A program made the position numbers and the translations under genes. From a virus (lineage: Duplodnaviria > Caudoviricetes), in the IMG/VR virus record IMGVR_UViG_3300012041_000240, positions 1 to 24,660 of that record: a stretch of 24,660 bases of DNA, one strand, 5' to 3'. Shown in pieces: positions 7,816 to 15,914 of the stretch (position 1 is its first letter; the number at the start of each line of letters is the position of its first letter). The notes beneath the pieces are model-generated. The model saw only the letters and a program-made list of their open reading frames with translations. It did not search any database and had not been told where the DNA came from.

Positions 7816-9153
7816 CTGTTTCTGCTCCCCAATTTCGCGTTCGCCGTTAGCGTCTCAGACGTGGTGGAGCTGTTCAAATACAGCTACGGCGTAGACAAGA
7901 TGCTGTATCTTGCCTCCGTCGAAACAGTCATCTGGAACCTGCTGAAGCGCCGGAAGAAGACGGTTGGCGGACGCGGCCAGTGGATCATCCCCTACCAGAA
8001 GCAGAATGCTGGCCATATGGTGGGTATGGCCGAGGGCGCGACTCTGACGACCAAGCGGCCCCAGCCGTCCACTGCTGAAGCCACGTTCTCCCTCATCGAA
8101 TTTCAGGCCGTGTGGGATATCACCTGGAAGATGCTGAGGCAGGCGTCACGGGGCAAGGATGCGTTTGAGACGGCCATGAACTTCATGGACAACAGCATCA
8201 AGCGCCGCGTGTTCCGCGTTATCAACTCGCAAGTGTGCAGCTTCACCGGACTGGGTGAGCTGGCCATTCTGCCGGATGCTGACAACGACACAACCATTAC
8301 CGTCAACTCCTTGCCCTTCATGGATCAGGGGATGTCGGTGGACCTGATCGATGCCAGCGACAACACAACTGAGCTGGTGGCCGACCGGAGCATCAGTTCT
8401 CTCGACGTGGAAGCTCGCACTGTGACCATTTCGGGCGCGGCAGCAGCAGGCACGGCGGCTGGCGACTACTTCGTGACATCTGAACAGGTCACGGGCGGCG
8501 TCTCCTATTCCCTCCACGGGCTCGGAGCCTGGATCAGCAACGTCAACCCACCGGCCACAGTCGGCAACATTGGAGGCATCAACCGCTCGACCGCCGGCAA
8601 TGAGTTTTACAAAGGCAACGTCAAGGCCAATGGCGGGACGCTGCGCGCCTTCACCGAGGACTTGCTTATCTCCGGCGAGAACCTGATGCGGGAGCGGGGC
8701 GGAGTGCAACCAAGCCGCTACGCCGCCAACAGCAACATCATGGCCCGATACGCCGGGGACCTGATCCGGGACCGTTACTTTGCCTACAACAAAATCCGAC
8801 CCTTGGGCGCGGACGGCGACAAGCCGGGATTCGGCCGTGAGGGCATGGACCTGGAAGGCAAGGAAGACGGCAAGGGCACGACCCCCTATACGCTCTCCGG
8901 GAAGCCGTTCCACTGCGAGCCGTATCTCCGGGCAAACCGTGTCATCGGCTGGAACGATGATCACTTCTGGATTGGCCACGACGGCATCGAAGTGCCGACG
9001 CCGCTCTCGGAAATCTTCGATGAGATGGTGCCCTACTTCAGCATGAAGGCCACGCCGTCCGCCAGCTTCGACGTGTGGCACTACTGGGAGGCTCAGGTGC
9101 TGAGCGACAACCCCCAGGCCGGTATCCAGTTTCAGGACGTGGCCGAGAGCTAA
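7753..9153 (+). CDS. Major capsid protein (HK97 fold, putative) with signal-peptide-like N-terminus
   Basis: Position after scaffold; GMAEGATL, AVWDITWKML, SLHGLGAWI, IGGINRST, FTEDLL, PFHCEPY are capsid-like motifs; leader RRWRVGALALVALFLLPNFAFA. Confidence 0.8.
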   Translation: MLTLLMSLNRRWRVGALALVALFLLPNFAFAVSVSDVVELFKYSYGVDKMLYLASVETVIWNLLKRRKKTVGGRGQWIIPYQKQNAGHMVGMAEGATLTTKRPQPSTAEATFSLIEFQAVWDITWKMLRQASRGKDAFETAMNFMDNSIKRRVFRVINSQVCSFTGLGELAILPDADNDTTITVNSLPFMDQGMSVDLIDASDNTTELVADRSISSLDVEARTVTISGAAAAGTAAGDYFVTSEQVTGGVSYSLHGLGAWISNVNPPATVGNIGGINRSTAGNEFYKGNVKANGGTLRAFTEDLLISGENLMRERGGVQPSRYAANSNIMARYAGDLIRDRYFAYNKIRPLGADGDKPGFGREGMDLEGKEDGKGTTPYTLSGKPFHCEPYLRANRVIGWNDDHFWIGHDGIEVPTPLSEIFDEMVPYFSMKATPSASFDVWHYWEAQVLSDNPQAGIQFQDVAES

Positions 9154-9186
9154 GTCCACTCGTTAACCTGAATCTGGGAGGCATGT

Positions 9187-9360
9187 ATGACCCGTAAACG
9201 ACGTGATGCAGGGTCCGAGGATGAAGTCCTGGACTACCCCTACGACGGCCCGGATGACCCGATCCGCCCCCGAGGGGTGCCGTATCAGCCCCCATTGCCG
9301 GGAGAATCGGCAGAGGACTACGCGGCTCGCACGGCGACAGATGAGGTGGAAGGGGAGTAA
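9187..9360 (+). CDS. Small acidic protein, 57 aa, not in the ORF track
   Basis: RBS GGGAGG; MTRKRRDAGSEDEVLDYPYDGPDDPIRPRGVPYQPPLPGESAEDYAARTATDEVEGE*. Confidence 0.7.
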   Translation: MTRKRRDAGSEDEVLDYPYDGPDDPIRPRGVPYQPPLPGESAEDYAARTATDEVEGE

Positions 9361-9367
9361 TCCCCTT
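9350..9367 (+). terminator. Hairpin, possible weak terminator or processing site
   Basis: AAGGGGA-GTAA-TCCCCTT with GNRA loop and only a short T run. Confidence 0.4.
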
Positions 9368-9390
9368 TGCCCTCTACGGTCTAGCTTCCC

Positions 9391-9403
9391 TGTAATCATT
9401 ACA
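9391..9403. promoter_or_regulatory. 13-bp palindromic site, copy 6
   Basis: TGTAATCATTACA then CGGAGAG RBS of 9414. Confidence 0.85.
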
Positions 9404-9413
9404 CGGAGAGACG

Positions 9414-9836
9414 ATGGACGCGAAAACGCCGCTAGTCATTACGAAGTCAATTGACATCAACCCGGCGACGGCCCTCCCGGTTGACCATATCCTTTTCATC
9501 TGCCCAGAAGGGGCGGAGTATGAGGTTGTGGAGGTGAAGGAGGCTCACACCGTGGCCGGCAGCGATGGTGGAGCCGTCACCGGGGACATCAAGAAGCATT
9601 CGGCCGGGACCGCTCCAGATGCAGGAACTTCGGTGCTGTCCTCAACCTTCAACCTCAAATCGACCGCGAACACGCCCGTTAGCAAGAATACGGCGTCCGG
9701 GTTGGCAGCCCAGTCGGTAAGGCGGCTCACTGGAGGCCAAATGCTCTCCCAGGACTTCACGGGGACACTGACGGCCCTGGCGGGATGCTGCGTTACTGTT
9801 GTTCTCAAGATGCTTCGGCCTCCGATTTATCGGTAG
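9414..9836 (+). CDS. Putative capsid decoration protein (beta-rich)
   Basis: 140 aa, T/S/A/G-rich, downstream of the MCP. Confidence 0.55.
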   Translation: MDAKTPLVITKSIDINPATALPVDHILFICPEGAEYEVVEVKEAHTVAGSDGGAVTGDIKKHSAGTAPDAGTSVLSSTFNLKSTANTPVSKNTASGLAAQSVRRLTGGQMLSQDFTGTLTALAGCCVTVVLKMLRPPIYR

Positions 9837-9880
9837 GTTGGCCACGCGCGACTCGGAATCCTTAACTAAGGAGCTGACGA

Positions 9881-10816
9881 ATGGGACTCATGGAAGGCAT
9901 CAGTAAGCGGTATGCGCGAAATGCGCTGTCCGCAATGAACCCGGAACTGGTTGTTGGTCTGCGAGGTTTGCGGTCCAAGACCATCTTCGTTGACAGCAAC
10001 GCGGCATTGGGGGGCAACGGAGCCTCTTGGGATTCAGCTGTTCAGAGTCTGGCGACAGCAATCGGCTTAGCCGTTGCCGATGACCTGATTCTGGTTGCAC
10101 CCCTGCACGTCGAAACCATTGTGGCTGCGGCCGGCGTCGTGTTGAACAAGGCGGGCGTGACTGTCATTGGTCTTGGGAACGGCAATCGCCGCCCCCAGAT
10201 CAACTTCACGACCGTGGTCGGTGCTGACCTGGACATCACGGGCGCCGGAACGACCATGATCAATTTCCGCTTTACTGGCGGATTTGATGCGCTGACCGGC
10301 CCAGTCAATCTCGCGGCGGCCGATATCACGCTGATCGATATCGTGACCGAGGATGTGACAGGGCAGGCGACAGACTTCATTGTCACCACGGCCGCCTGTG
10401 ACCGACTGCGAATCAGTGGCTGGGAGCACCGGGGAGCAGCGGCGGCAGGTGCTGACACGGCCCTGTCTATGGTGGGCGGGGATGACGCGGTGGTCGAGGA
10501 CTTCAACATCTATGGCAACTTCGCGGTTGCCGGGATCGAGAATGTCACCACTGCCCAGAATCGCTTGCGGATTGGTGGGGGAACCCGACCAAGCTCTATC
10601 TGGACCGAGAACGCAGCTGATATCGCCATTACCCTGGTGGCGACGACGACGGGCCTGATCATGGGTCCCATCGATATCATGCTGCAAGACAACGCGGCCA
10701 ACATCACGGAGGCCCTGGTTGGCGTAGCAGTCTCTTTCTTCCAGCCCCTCCGGCTCGTCAATCTGGCCGGCGAGTCCAGCATGGAATCGAACATCACAGC
10801 TTCCACCGATGCCTAG
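9881..10816 (+). CDS. Right-handed beta-helix (pectin-lyase-like) virion protein
   Basis: TIFVDSN..GNGASWDSAVQSLATAI..DDLILVAPLH..GVTVIGLGNG cap motif; RBS TAAGGAG. Confidence 0.65.
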   Translation: MGLMEGISKRYARNALSAMNPELVVGLRGLRSKTIFVDSNAALGGNGASWDSAVQSLATAIGLAVADDLILVAPLHVETIVAAAGVVLNKAGVTVIGLGNGNRRPQINFTTVVGADLDITGAGTTMINFRFTGGFDALTGPVNLAAADITLIDIVTEDVTGQATDFIVTTAACDRLRISGWEHRGAAAAGADTALSMVGGDDAVVEDFNIYGNFAVAGIENVTTAQNRLRIGGGTRPSSIWTENAADIAITLVATTTGLIMGPIDIMLQDNAANITEALVGVAVSFFQPLRLVNLAGESSMESNITASTDA

Positions 10817-10836
10817 GGAGGCCTCAGCGGCGACAC

Positions 10837-10849
10837 TGTAATCATTACA
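10837..10849. promoter_or_regulatory. 13-bp palindromic site, copy 7
   Basis: TGTAATCATTACA, intergenic, abutting a GC hairpin. Confidence 0.85.
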
Positions 10850-10876
10850 TGGGCCGGGATTTAACCCCCGGCCCAT
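10849..10876. terminator. 10-bp stem hairpin, possible terminator lacking a U-tract
   Basis: ATGGGCCGGG-atttaacc-CCCGGCCCAT. Confidence 0.45.
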
Positions 10877-10907
10877 CGCATCTAGACGAGAGAGAGAGGA
10901 GACTCCA

Positions 10908-11792
10908 ATGGTTCGTGAACGCAAGGGGAGGAAGCCGACCAACCCCCTCGACCTGCCCGATGCCCGATTCCTGGGCACGGCCTATTCCAGCGAAGAGTGC
11001 GCGTTTCTGCTGGAGCACTTAGGCGAGCCTTCTGTTGTGGCAATGCCCCCCGACGACGAGTTGCCGATTGGCGTCAACGAGGATGCGGTTGGCCCCCTGC
11101 TCGACCGCACGTATCAGCTGGAGCAATACCAGCAGGCTATGCGGGATCGGACGGGCACCGAAGACCTGACCGTCTGGTGTGGCTTCGACAAGCTCAGGGA
11201 TGTCCTGTCCGAAACGCTTGACTGGCGGGCTCAGGTGCAGGAGCTGAAGCGGCGGACTCGGGGCTCTAGCTCAGAGATTCAACGGGCTGCGAATGCCCCG
11301 AGCCTCCACATGTGGGACCCCACGACCGATATCCCTTACTTGGGCGGTATTGGCGCGGATGCTGATATCGTTCAGACAGGCCTGAATGAGCGGGGGGAAC
11401 GGGTGGAGTTGTTCACGGAGCTGAAGAATACCGGCCCCGGCACCCTCAAGTCTCTGGCCGGCGTGGCGAGGTTTGTCCGAAGTCGGACCCGCGCCGAGCA
11501 GACGGCCAAGCAGCTGGACATTCCCGAGGACTTGCTTTATGACGAGGGCGAGCACTATGCCAGCGTAGCCTGCCCCATCTGCAAGAAATCCGAGCCGTAT
11601 GAAGTGAGCAAGGCCACGACCAAGCGCAAGGCCGTAACGGCGATCATGCGCCACCTGATTGAGGAGAACGTCTCCCAGGTGGACAAGCATCGGCTGCTCT
11701 ACCAGCGGATGAAGTCCGGCAAGTCCGGCAACCAATCCAAGCGGGTGCAGGCTCCATCACGTTCGACGGAACAGGAAACGGTGGAGGCGTAA
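10908..11792 (+). CDS. Hypothetical protein with C-terminal CxxC...H...H zinc-finger-like motif
   Basis: CPICKK...IMRHLIEENVSQVDKH; RBS GAGGAG. Confidence 0.65.
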   Translation: MVRERKGRKPTNPLDLPDARFLGTAYSSEECAFLLEHLGEPSVVAMPPDDELPIGVNEDAVGPLLDRTYQLEQYQQAMRDRTGTEDLTVWCGFDKLRDVLSETLDWRAQVQELKRRTRGSSSEIQRAANAPSLHMWDPTTDIPYLGGIGADADIVQTGLNERGERVELFTELKNTGPGTLKSLAGVARFVRSRTRAEQTAKQLDIPEDLLYDEGEHYASVACPICKKSEPYEVSKATTKRKAVTAIMRHLIEENVSQVDKHRLLYQRMKSGKSGNQSKRVQAPSRSTEQETVEA

Positions 11793-11796
11793 GTCC

Positions 11797-12486
11797 ATGC
11801 CCCGCTGGAGACGCCGGCAACCCCATGAACGCGAGACGTTCGGGATTGCTCTGAATCAGCCCACGGGACCGAGGCCGGGGCCAGAGATTCTGCCGTGGTA
11901 TTGGCATCCTGACCGGGAGGGGGCGCTGTCCCCTCCCGAATGGTTTGCCAAACGACTCCGAGAGATTGACCCAGACCTTTGCGTAGTCTTCTCGCCTGTC
12001 CATGAGCGATACATCCTCTGGGTCAAGAATCCCCGAATTGGTCATGACCCCGACCCTGAGGTGCGGGACACTATTCAGATGCTGGGCTGTGTCGGCTGGC
12101 AGCTTCTGATGATCTGGGAACATGCAGAGACACATGTTCCCATCCCATTGAGTGAGCTGATGTTCCATAACATCTATCTCATTTCGGGAGAGCGGTATCC
12201 GAACGCCCGCGCTTACTTCGACCGTATTCAGGAGGACATTCGCCGGCAGATCGAGTCACGGGATAAGACCTTTCAGGGGGAACGGCAGGATTTCCAGAAC
12301 GAGTATCGGAAGGGAACGCAGGTGATCTCCTCAGCAGGATCAGGGAGTAAGTCTGCTCTTAATGACTCGGTAGTCCCGAGCCGGGGAGAGGCCAACTGGC
12401 GGGCTGACCGGCGGAAGTGGAATCTGCCAGCTGAGATGCTGCAGGCCGAAAGGGACCAGAAAGAGAAAGACTTCTATACCCCATGA
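11797..12486 (+). CDS. Hypothetical phage protein
   Basis: 229 aa, tightly packed, ATGA overlap with the next gene. Confidence 0.65.
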   Translation: MPRWRRRQPHERETFGIALNQPTGPRPGPEILPWYWHPDREGALSPPEWFAKRLREIDPDLCVVFSPVHERYILWVKNPRIGHDPDPEVRDTIQMLGCVGWQLLMIWEHAETHVPIPLSELMFHNIYLISGERYPNARAYFDRIQEDIRRQIESRDKTFQGERQDFQNEYRKGTQVISSAGSGSKSALNDSVVPSRGEANWRADRRKWNLPAEMLQAERDQKEKDFYTP

Positions 12487-13172
12487 CTCTGCAGACCATT
12501 TTTGATAGGTGCATGCTCGGGGATAACGAGCTGGACCTGATTGCAGGCGGCGATGATGTTGTGCGCGGGCTGACGGCTGTCAACATGGTGCAGGATTGGT
12601 GGGAGGCTGTTGCAGCAGCTAAAGCGGACTTTCTGGCGACTCATTCGACATTCACTACGACTGCCGATGTCGAAACCACAACATGGCCCTCGACATTGAA
12701 GCGTCTGGATGGGGACCCCTGGCTGATTTCTTCAGTCACTGACAGGTCCGTCCGACAGATTGCTCGTGTCCAGGGTGTCGGGGGTCATGTGGTGGGGATG
12801 GCGTGGCCCTACTCGGAGCTGTCAGAGTCTGTGGCTGAGGGCTCGGGTTCACCTCGGGAATATTGGGCGACAGGACCTGGGGGGCTGTTCTATTGGACTC
12901 CCATCCCGGATGCCATCTATACCGTCCGGGCGTATGGGCTCTGGGCCAAGGCCGACTATACGGCAGCAGCGAATACGTTCGCCTATCCAGATGAAGTGGC
13001 ATTAGTTATCCCGACCTTCGCGGCGAAACTTATGCGAGTGGGGCTTAATCGTAACCTGGATGGGATTCAAGGGGAGGCCGAAGCTGCCTTCTCCGTTGTG
13101 GTGAAAGCGCTCAAGCGATTTACGCGGCAGGGGGCAGATTCTCTGCAATACAGTGAAGCACACGACACGTAA
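12483..13172 (+). CDS. Head-tail adaptor / tail tubular protein A-like (putative)
   Basis: MTLQTIFDRC start, GSPREYW, FYWTPIPDAIYTVRAYG, YPDEVALVI; size and position typical. Confidence 0.6.
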   Translation: MTLQTIFDRCMLGDNELDLIAGGDDVVRGLTAVNMVQDWWEAVAAAKADFLATHSTFTTTADVETTTWPSTLKRLDGDPWLISSVTDRSVRQIARVQGVGGHVVGMAWPYSELSESVAEGSGSPREYWATGPGGLFYWTPIPDAIYTVRAYGLWAKADYTAAANTFAYPDEVALVIPTFAAKLMRVGLNRNLDGIQGEAEAAFSVVVKALKRFTRQGADSLQYSEAHDT

Positions 13173-13187
13173 CGAGAGAGGACTGAC

Positions 13188-13577
13188 ATGATTGCGATGA
13201 TGGCGCTACTTGGACTCGACAGCCTCTTTGGCTCCATCTCTGACGGGCTGCTTCAGCTGGCCCTCCCGGCTCTGGCGACAGCGGCGGCTACTCTGCTGGT
13301 GGGCCTCCTGAAGAGGGGGTTTGCCTACATGAAGATTCAGATCACAGCTGAGCAGGAAGCCGCGCTACGTGAGAAGGTGCGAAATGCCATTCTCCGAATC
13401 GAGGAGCTGTCCAAGCAGGACCCCAAGACCCCTATGAAGGGAGAGGACAAGCTGGATAGCGCGATCGTGGGGGTCATGAACGAAACGGGGGTAGGTGCCA
13501 TGGAGGCCGAGAAGCTCATCCACGAAGAATTGCCAAAGGCTCGGGTGATGTGGCCGCCCAAAATCGGCGCCCGCTAA
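13188..13577 (+). CDS. Holin-like membrane protein (LL-H type)
   Basis: N-terminal hydrophobic segment, then VRNAILRIEE, KGEDKLDSA, AEKLIHEEL. Confidence 0.6.
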   Translation: MIAMMALLGLDSLFGSISDGLLQLALPALATAAATLLVGLLKRGFAYMKIQITAEQEAALREKVRNAILRIEELSKQDPKTPMKGEDKLDSAIVGVMNETGVGAMEAEKLIHEELPKARVMWPPKIGAR

Positions 13578-13584
13578 CGCCAGA

Positions 13585-13597
13585 TGTAATCATTACA
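13585..13597. promoter_or_regulatory. 13-bp palindromic site, copy 8
   Basis: TGTAATCATTACA then CGGAG RBS of 13611. Confidence 0.85.
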
Positions 13598-13610
13598 CGG
13601 AGCACAGCTT

Positions 13611-13970
13611 ATGCGATGCGTAGTAGACGGTCTGGTATTGGCGGGCACGCAGAACCCGCTGTTTTCCGCACTTGTGGCCGCTGATTCCAAGTCGGCTGTT
13701 GTCGGTCCAGGTCGAAACCATGCGATCACGAAGCATGTGTGGTATCTGGAATGGGGAGTTAGTGTGAGTCAGGGAGAGGCCGTGATTGAGACGGCCGGAC
13801 ATCCTGACTACTCGGGAGCCTGGGCACCTTTGGGCACCGTGCCCTTCTCTGCCGCCGGACAGGTTGACCGTTTCAGCTACGATGGAATGCTCAATTCCAC
13901 GCGGGTCCGTATGCTCCAGGCCGCCGACGGCGCCGGGGTCACAGTTCGGTTCTCGGGGCATAGGGGGTAG
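13611..13970 (+). CDS. Small beta-sandwich virion protein (putative)
   Basis: 119 aa, alternating beta pattern, AWAPLG..TRVRM. Confidence 0.55.
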   Translation: MRCVVDGLVLAGTQNPLFSALVAADSKSAVVGPGRNHAITKHVWYLEWGVSVSQGEAVIETAGHPDYSGAWAPLGTVPFSAAGQVDRFSYDGMLNSTRVRMLQAADGAGVTVRFSGHRG

Positions 13971-13972
13971 CG

Positions 13973-15589
13973 ATGAAGCGTATTATCGGACTGATCCTTA
14001 TCGGATATCTGCTGTGTGCTGTTACAGCTACAGCCCAAACCATTGTTGCTCCCTCTTATGCCCGTAGCACTGGATCATTAGCAGGGAGTGGGTCTGGTTC
14101 GCTCCAGATGACTACGGAGCGGATGGGAACAGCGACGGTCCAGATTACTGGCACATGGACTGGCACAGTCACATTTGAAGTCAGCAGCACTGGATCGACA
14201 TGGGTCACTCGGAGTCTTACGCCTCCCGGAACAACGACGGCGACAACGACGGCAACAGCTAATGGTGCATGGGAGGGGTCTGTTGCAGGTTGGCGCTATT
14301 TTCGTGTTCGGGTGTCAACCCCAGGCACTGGCACTCTTAATCTGGCGCTCAATGCTGTCAGCACTGGTGGGGGCGGAGGCGGAGGAGGCGGGGGGGGAGC
14401 GGGCACCAGCGACACGCTGGAAGCGACCCAACTAAATGTGCTGGCCGCCGTTGACGGCATCGAAGCGGCCTTGGCTGGTCTTGATTCTGGGACGGCCGTC
14501 ACGGGAACGGTCACGGTGACAGACGGAGCTGGAGCCCTGAACGTCATCATTGATTCGTCAGCCACGCTGACCGTGACGGATGGCGCCGGTGCATTGAACG
14601 TGATCATCGACTCCAGCGCCACCCTCACCGTTACTGACGGCGCGGGGGCTCTCAACGTCATCTGCGACTCAGGTTGTTCTGGCGGGGCGCAATACACCGA
14701 AGATGCGGCGGCGGCGGCGGACCCTGTTGGGAACGCCATGATCGTGGTCAGGGCGGATACGCCTGCGGGTATTGCATCGACCAATGGCGACAATGTGGCG
14801 TTGCGCGGGACCGACTATGGCGCGGTCTACGTGACGCTCTTGACCAGCGCAGGGGCGATCCCTTCGCTGGCAACAGACCTGACGGTCGGAACGGCGTTCG
14901 GGACGACTGGTCCTGGCGTCCTAACGTCCTACAAAGAGTTTGATGGCGCCGCGTTGCCTACAACGACGAACGTTGGCACCGAGGAAGAAGCCAATCCCCT
15001 TGCAACCACGCTTCAGGGCGTTGCGTATGCGTTCCTCGTCAACGAAGACGGGAGCAAGCAACTTGGGAAGCTGGAAGACGATGCGCATGCGTCGGCGGAT
15101 TACGGAGTGCCTGTCTGGGCACGCCGGATTGACGCGGCGGCGGTGTCGGGCGGAACCGATGCGGATTACTCGACGTTCAACGTCGATGTGCTTGGGTTGC
15201 TCTGGACGCGTTCGCTGGACCCATGTTCGGGTGTGGCGAAGACATACATTCCGATCAATATTTCGACCGCGACGACGACGGAGCTGACGGCCGCGCTGGC
15301 GGGCGCCTCAACGAACTACTACGTGTGCTCGGTCAACCTCGTCGCGGCGGCGGCGCAAACGATCGCCATTGTCTACGACGACTCGGACGGCTGCGGGTCG
15401 GTCACGGCAGGGATGGCGGGCGGCACGTCTGCGGCGACGGGCTGGAGCTTCGCGGCGAACGGCGGTATTGCCCTCGGGAACGGTTCGGCAACGGTCCTGA
15501 AAACGGGCGCCACGAATACTGTGATCTGTGCCGTGACCGGACAGGCCGCGCAAATATCAGGAACGATGGCTGTGGTGGCGGCACCATGA
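13973..15589 (+). CDS. Exported fibre/adhesin-like protein with signal peptide
   Basis: MKRIIGLILIGYLLCAVTATA|Q leader, beta-sandwich domain, poly-Gly linker, 19-aa repeats, Cys-containing C-terminal domain. Confidence 0.7.
   Translation: MKRIIGLILIGYLLCAVTATAQTIVAPSYARSTGSLAGSGSGSLQMTTERMGTATVQITGTWTGTVTFEVSSTGSTWVTRSLTPPGTTTATTTATANGAWEGSVAGWRYFRVRVSTPGTGTLNLALNAVSTGGGGGGGGGGGAGTSDTLEATQLNVLAAVDGIEAALAGLDSGTAVTGTVTVTDGAGALNVIIDSSATLTVTDGAGALNVIIDSSATLTVTDGAGALNVICDSGCSGGAQYTEDAAAAADPVGNAMIVVRADTPAGIASTNGDNVALRGTDYGAVYVTLLTSAGAIPSLATDLTVGTAFGTTGPGVLTSYKEFDGAALPTTTNVGTEEEANPLATTLQGVAYAFLVNEDGSKQLGKLEDDAHASADYGVPVWARRIDAAAVSGGTDADYSTFNVDVLGLLWTRSLDPCSGVAKTYIPINISTATTTELTAALAGASTNYYVCSVNLVAAAAQTIAIVYDDSDGCGSVTAGMAGGTSAATGWSFAANGGIALGNGSATVLKTGATNTVICAVTGQAAQISGTMAVVAAP
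14513..14671 (+). repeat. ~2.8 tandem copies of a 57-bp (19-aa) unit
   Basis: TVTDGAGALNVIIDSSATL twice, then TVTDGAGALNVICDS. Confidence 0.9.
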
Positions 15590-15855
15590 GGATCATCAGC
15601 CTGCTCGCGTTGCTTCTGCTCTCCGGGTGTGCGGCGCATTACGTAGACCCATCTAAGCCCGTTAAGAACCTCTCGGCCTTTCAGCAGTCATCTTCGACGG
15701 CGCTGATCGCGGGTCAGTGCGTCCAGGTGGTGATGTTCAAGAACGGGCGAACCGTGCGCCTCCCGCTTGATGCACAGATTTGCCGTGATGCCGAAACCGG
15801 CCTTGCTGTGGAGCAGGCGATGCGCAACACCCAAAAACCGGACGGCGTAAAGTGA
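15586..15855 (+). CDS. Lipoprotein, 89 aa
   Basis: MRIISLLALLLLSG|C lipobox; ATGA overlap with the upstream stop; true start lies inside track ORF 15223..15855. Confidence 0.75.
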   Translation: MRIISLLALLLLSGCAAHYVDPSKPVKNLSAFQQSSSTALIAGQCVQVVMFKNGRTVRLPLDAQICRDAETGLAVEQAMRNTQKPDGVK

Positions 15856-15869
15856 CGACGCGGAAGATG

Positions 15870-15895
15870 GCCAGGGGTCCCCGTCCAGACGCTTC
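15870..15895 (-). repeat. Inverted copy of 12698-12723 (adaptor gene), 25/26 identical
   Basis: Reverse complement GAAGCGTCTGGACGGGGACCCCTGGC versus GAAGCGTCTGGATGGGGACCCCTGGC. Confidence 0.9.
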
Positions 15896-15914
15896 GGCAG
15901 TGGACGGCTGGGGC
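15891..15914 (-). repeat. Inverted copy of 8058-8081 (MCP gene), 23/24 identical
   Basis: Reverse complement GCCCCAGCCGTCCACTGCCGAAGC versus GCCCCAGCCGTCCACTGCTGAAGC. Confidence 0.9.

Noticed and set aside
8146-9159. Long minus-strand ORFs (also 5640..6338, 10067..10978, 16358..17314)
   Set aside because: Antisense shadows of GC-rich genes; no motifs or RBS
9203-9454. 83-aa track ORF after the MCP
   Set aside because: No RBS and runs through the hairpin and palindrome; 9187..9360 has a strong RBS and a similar protein at 3762
15223-15585. N-terminal 121 codons of track ORF 15223..15855
   Set aside because: Alternate frame of 13973..15589; the real lipoprotein start is 15586
15870-15914. 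Antisense fragments as mini-CRISPR spacers
   Set aside because: No repeats separate them; they overlap by microhomology
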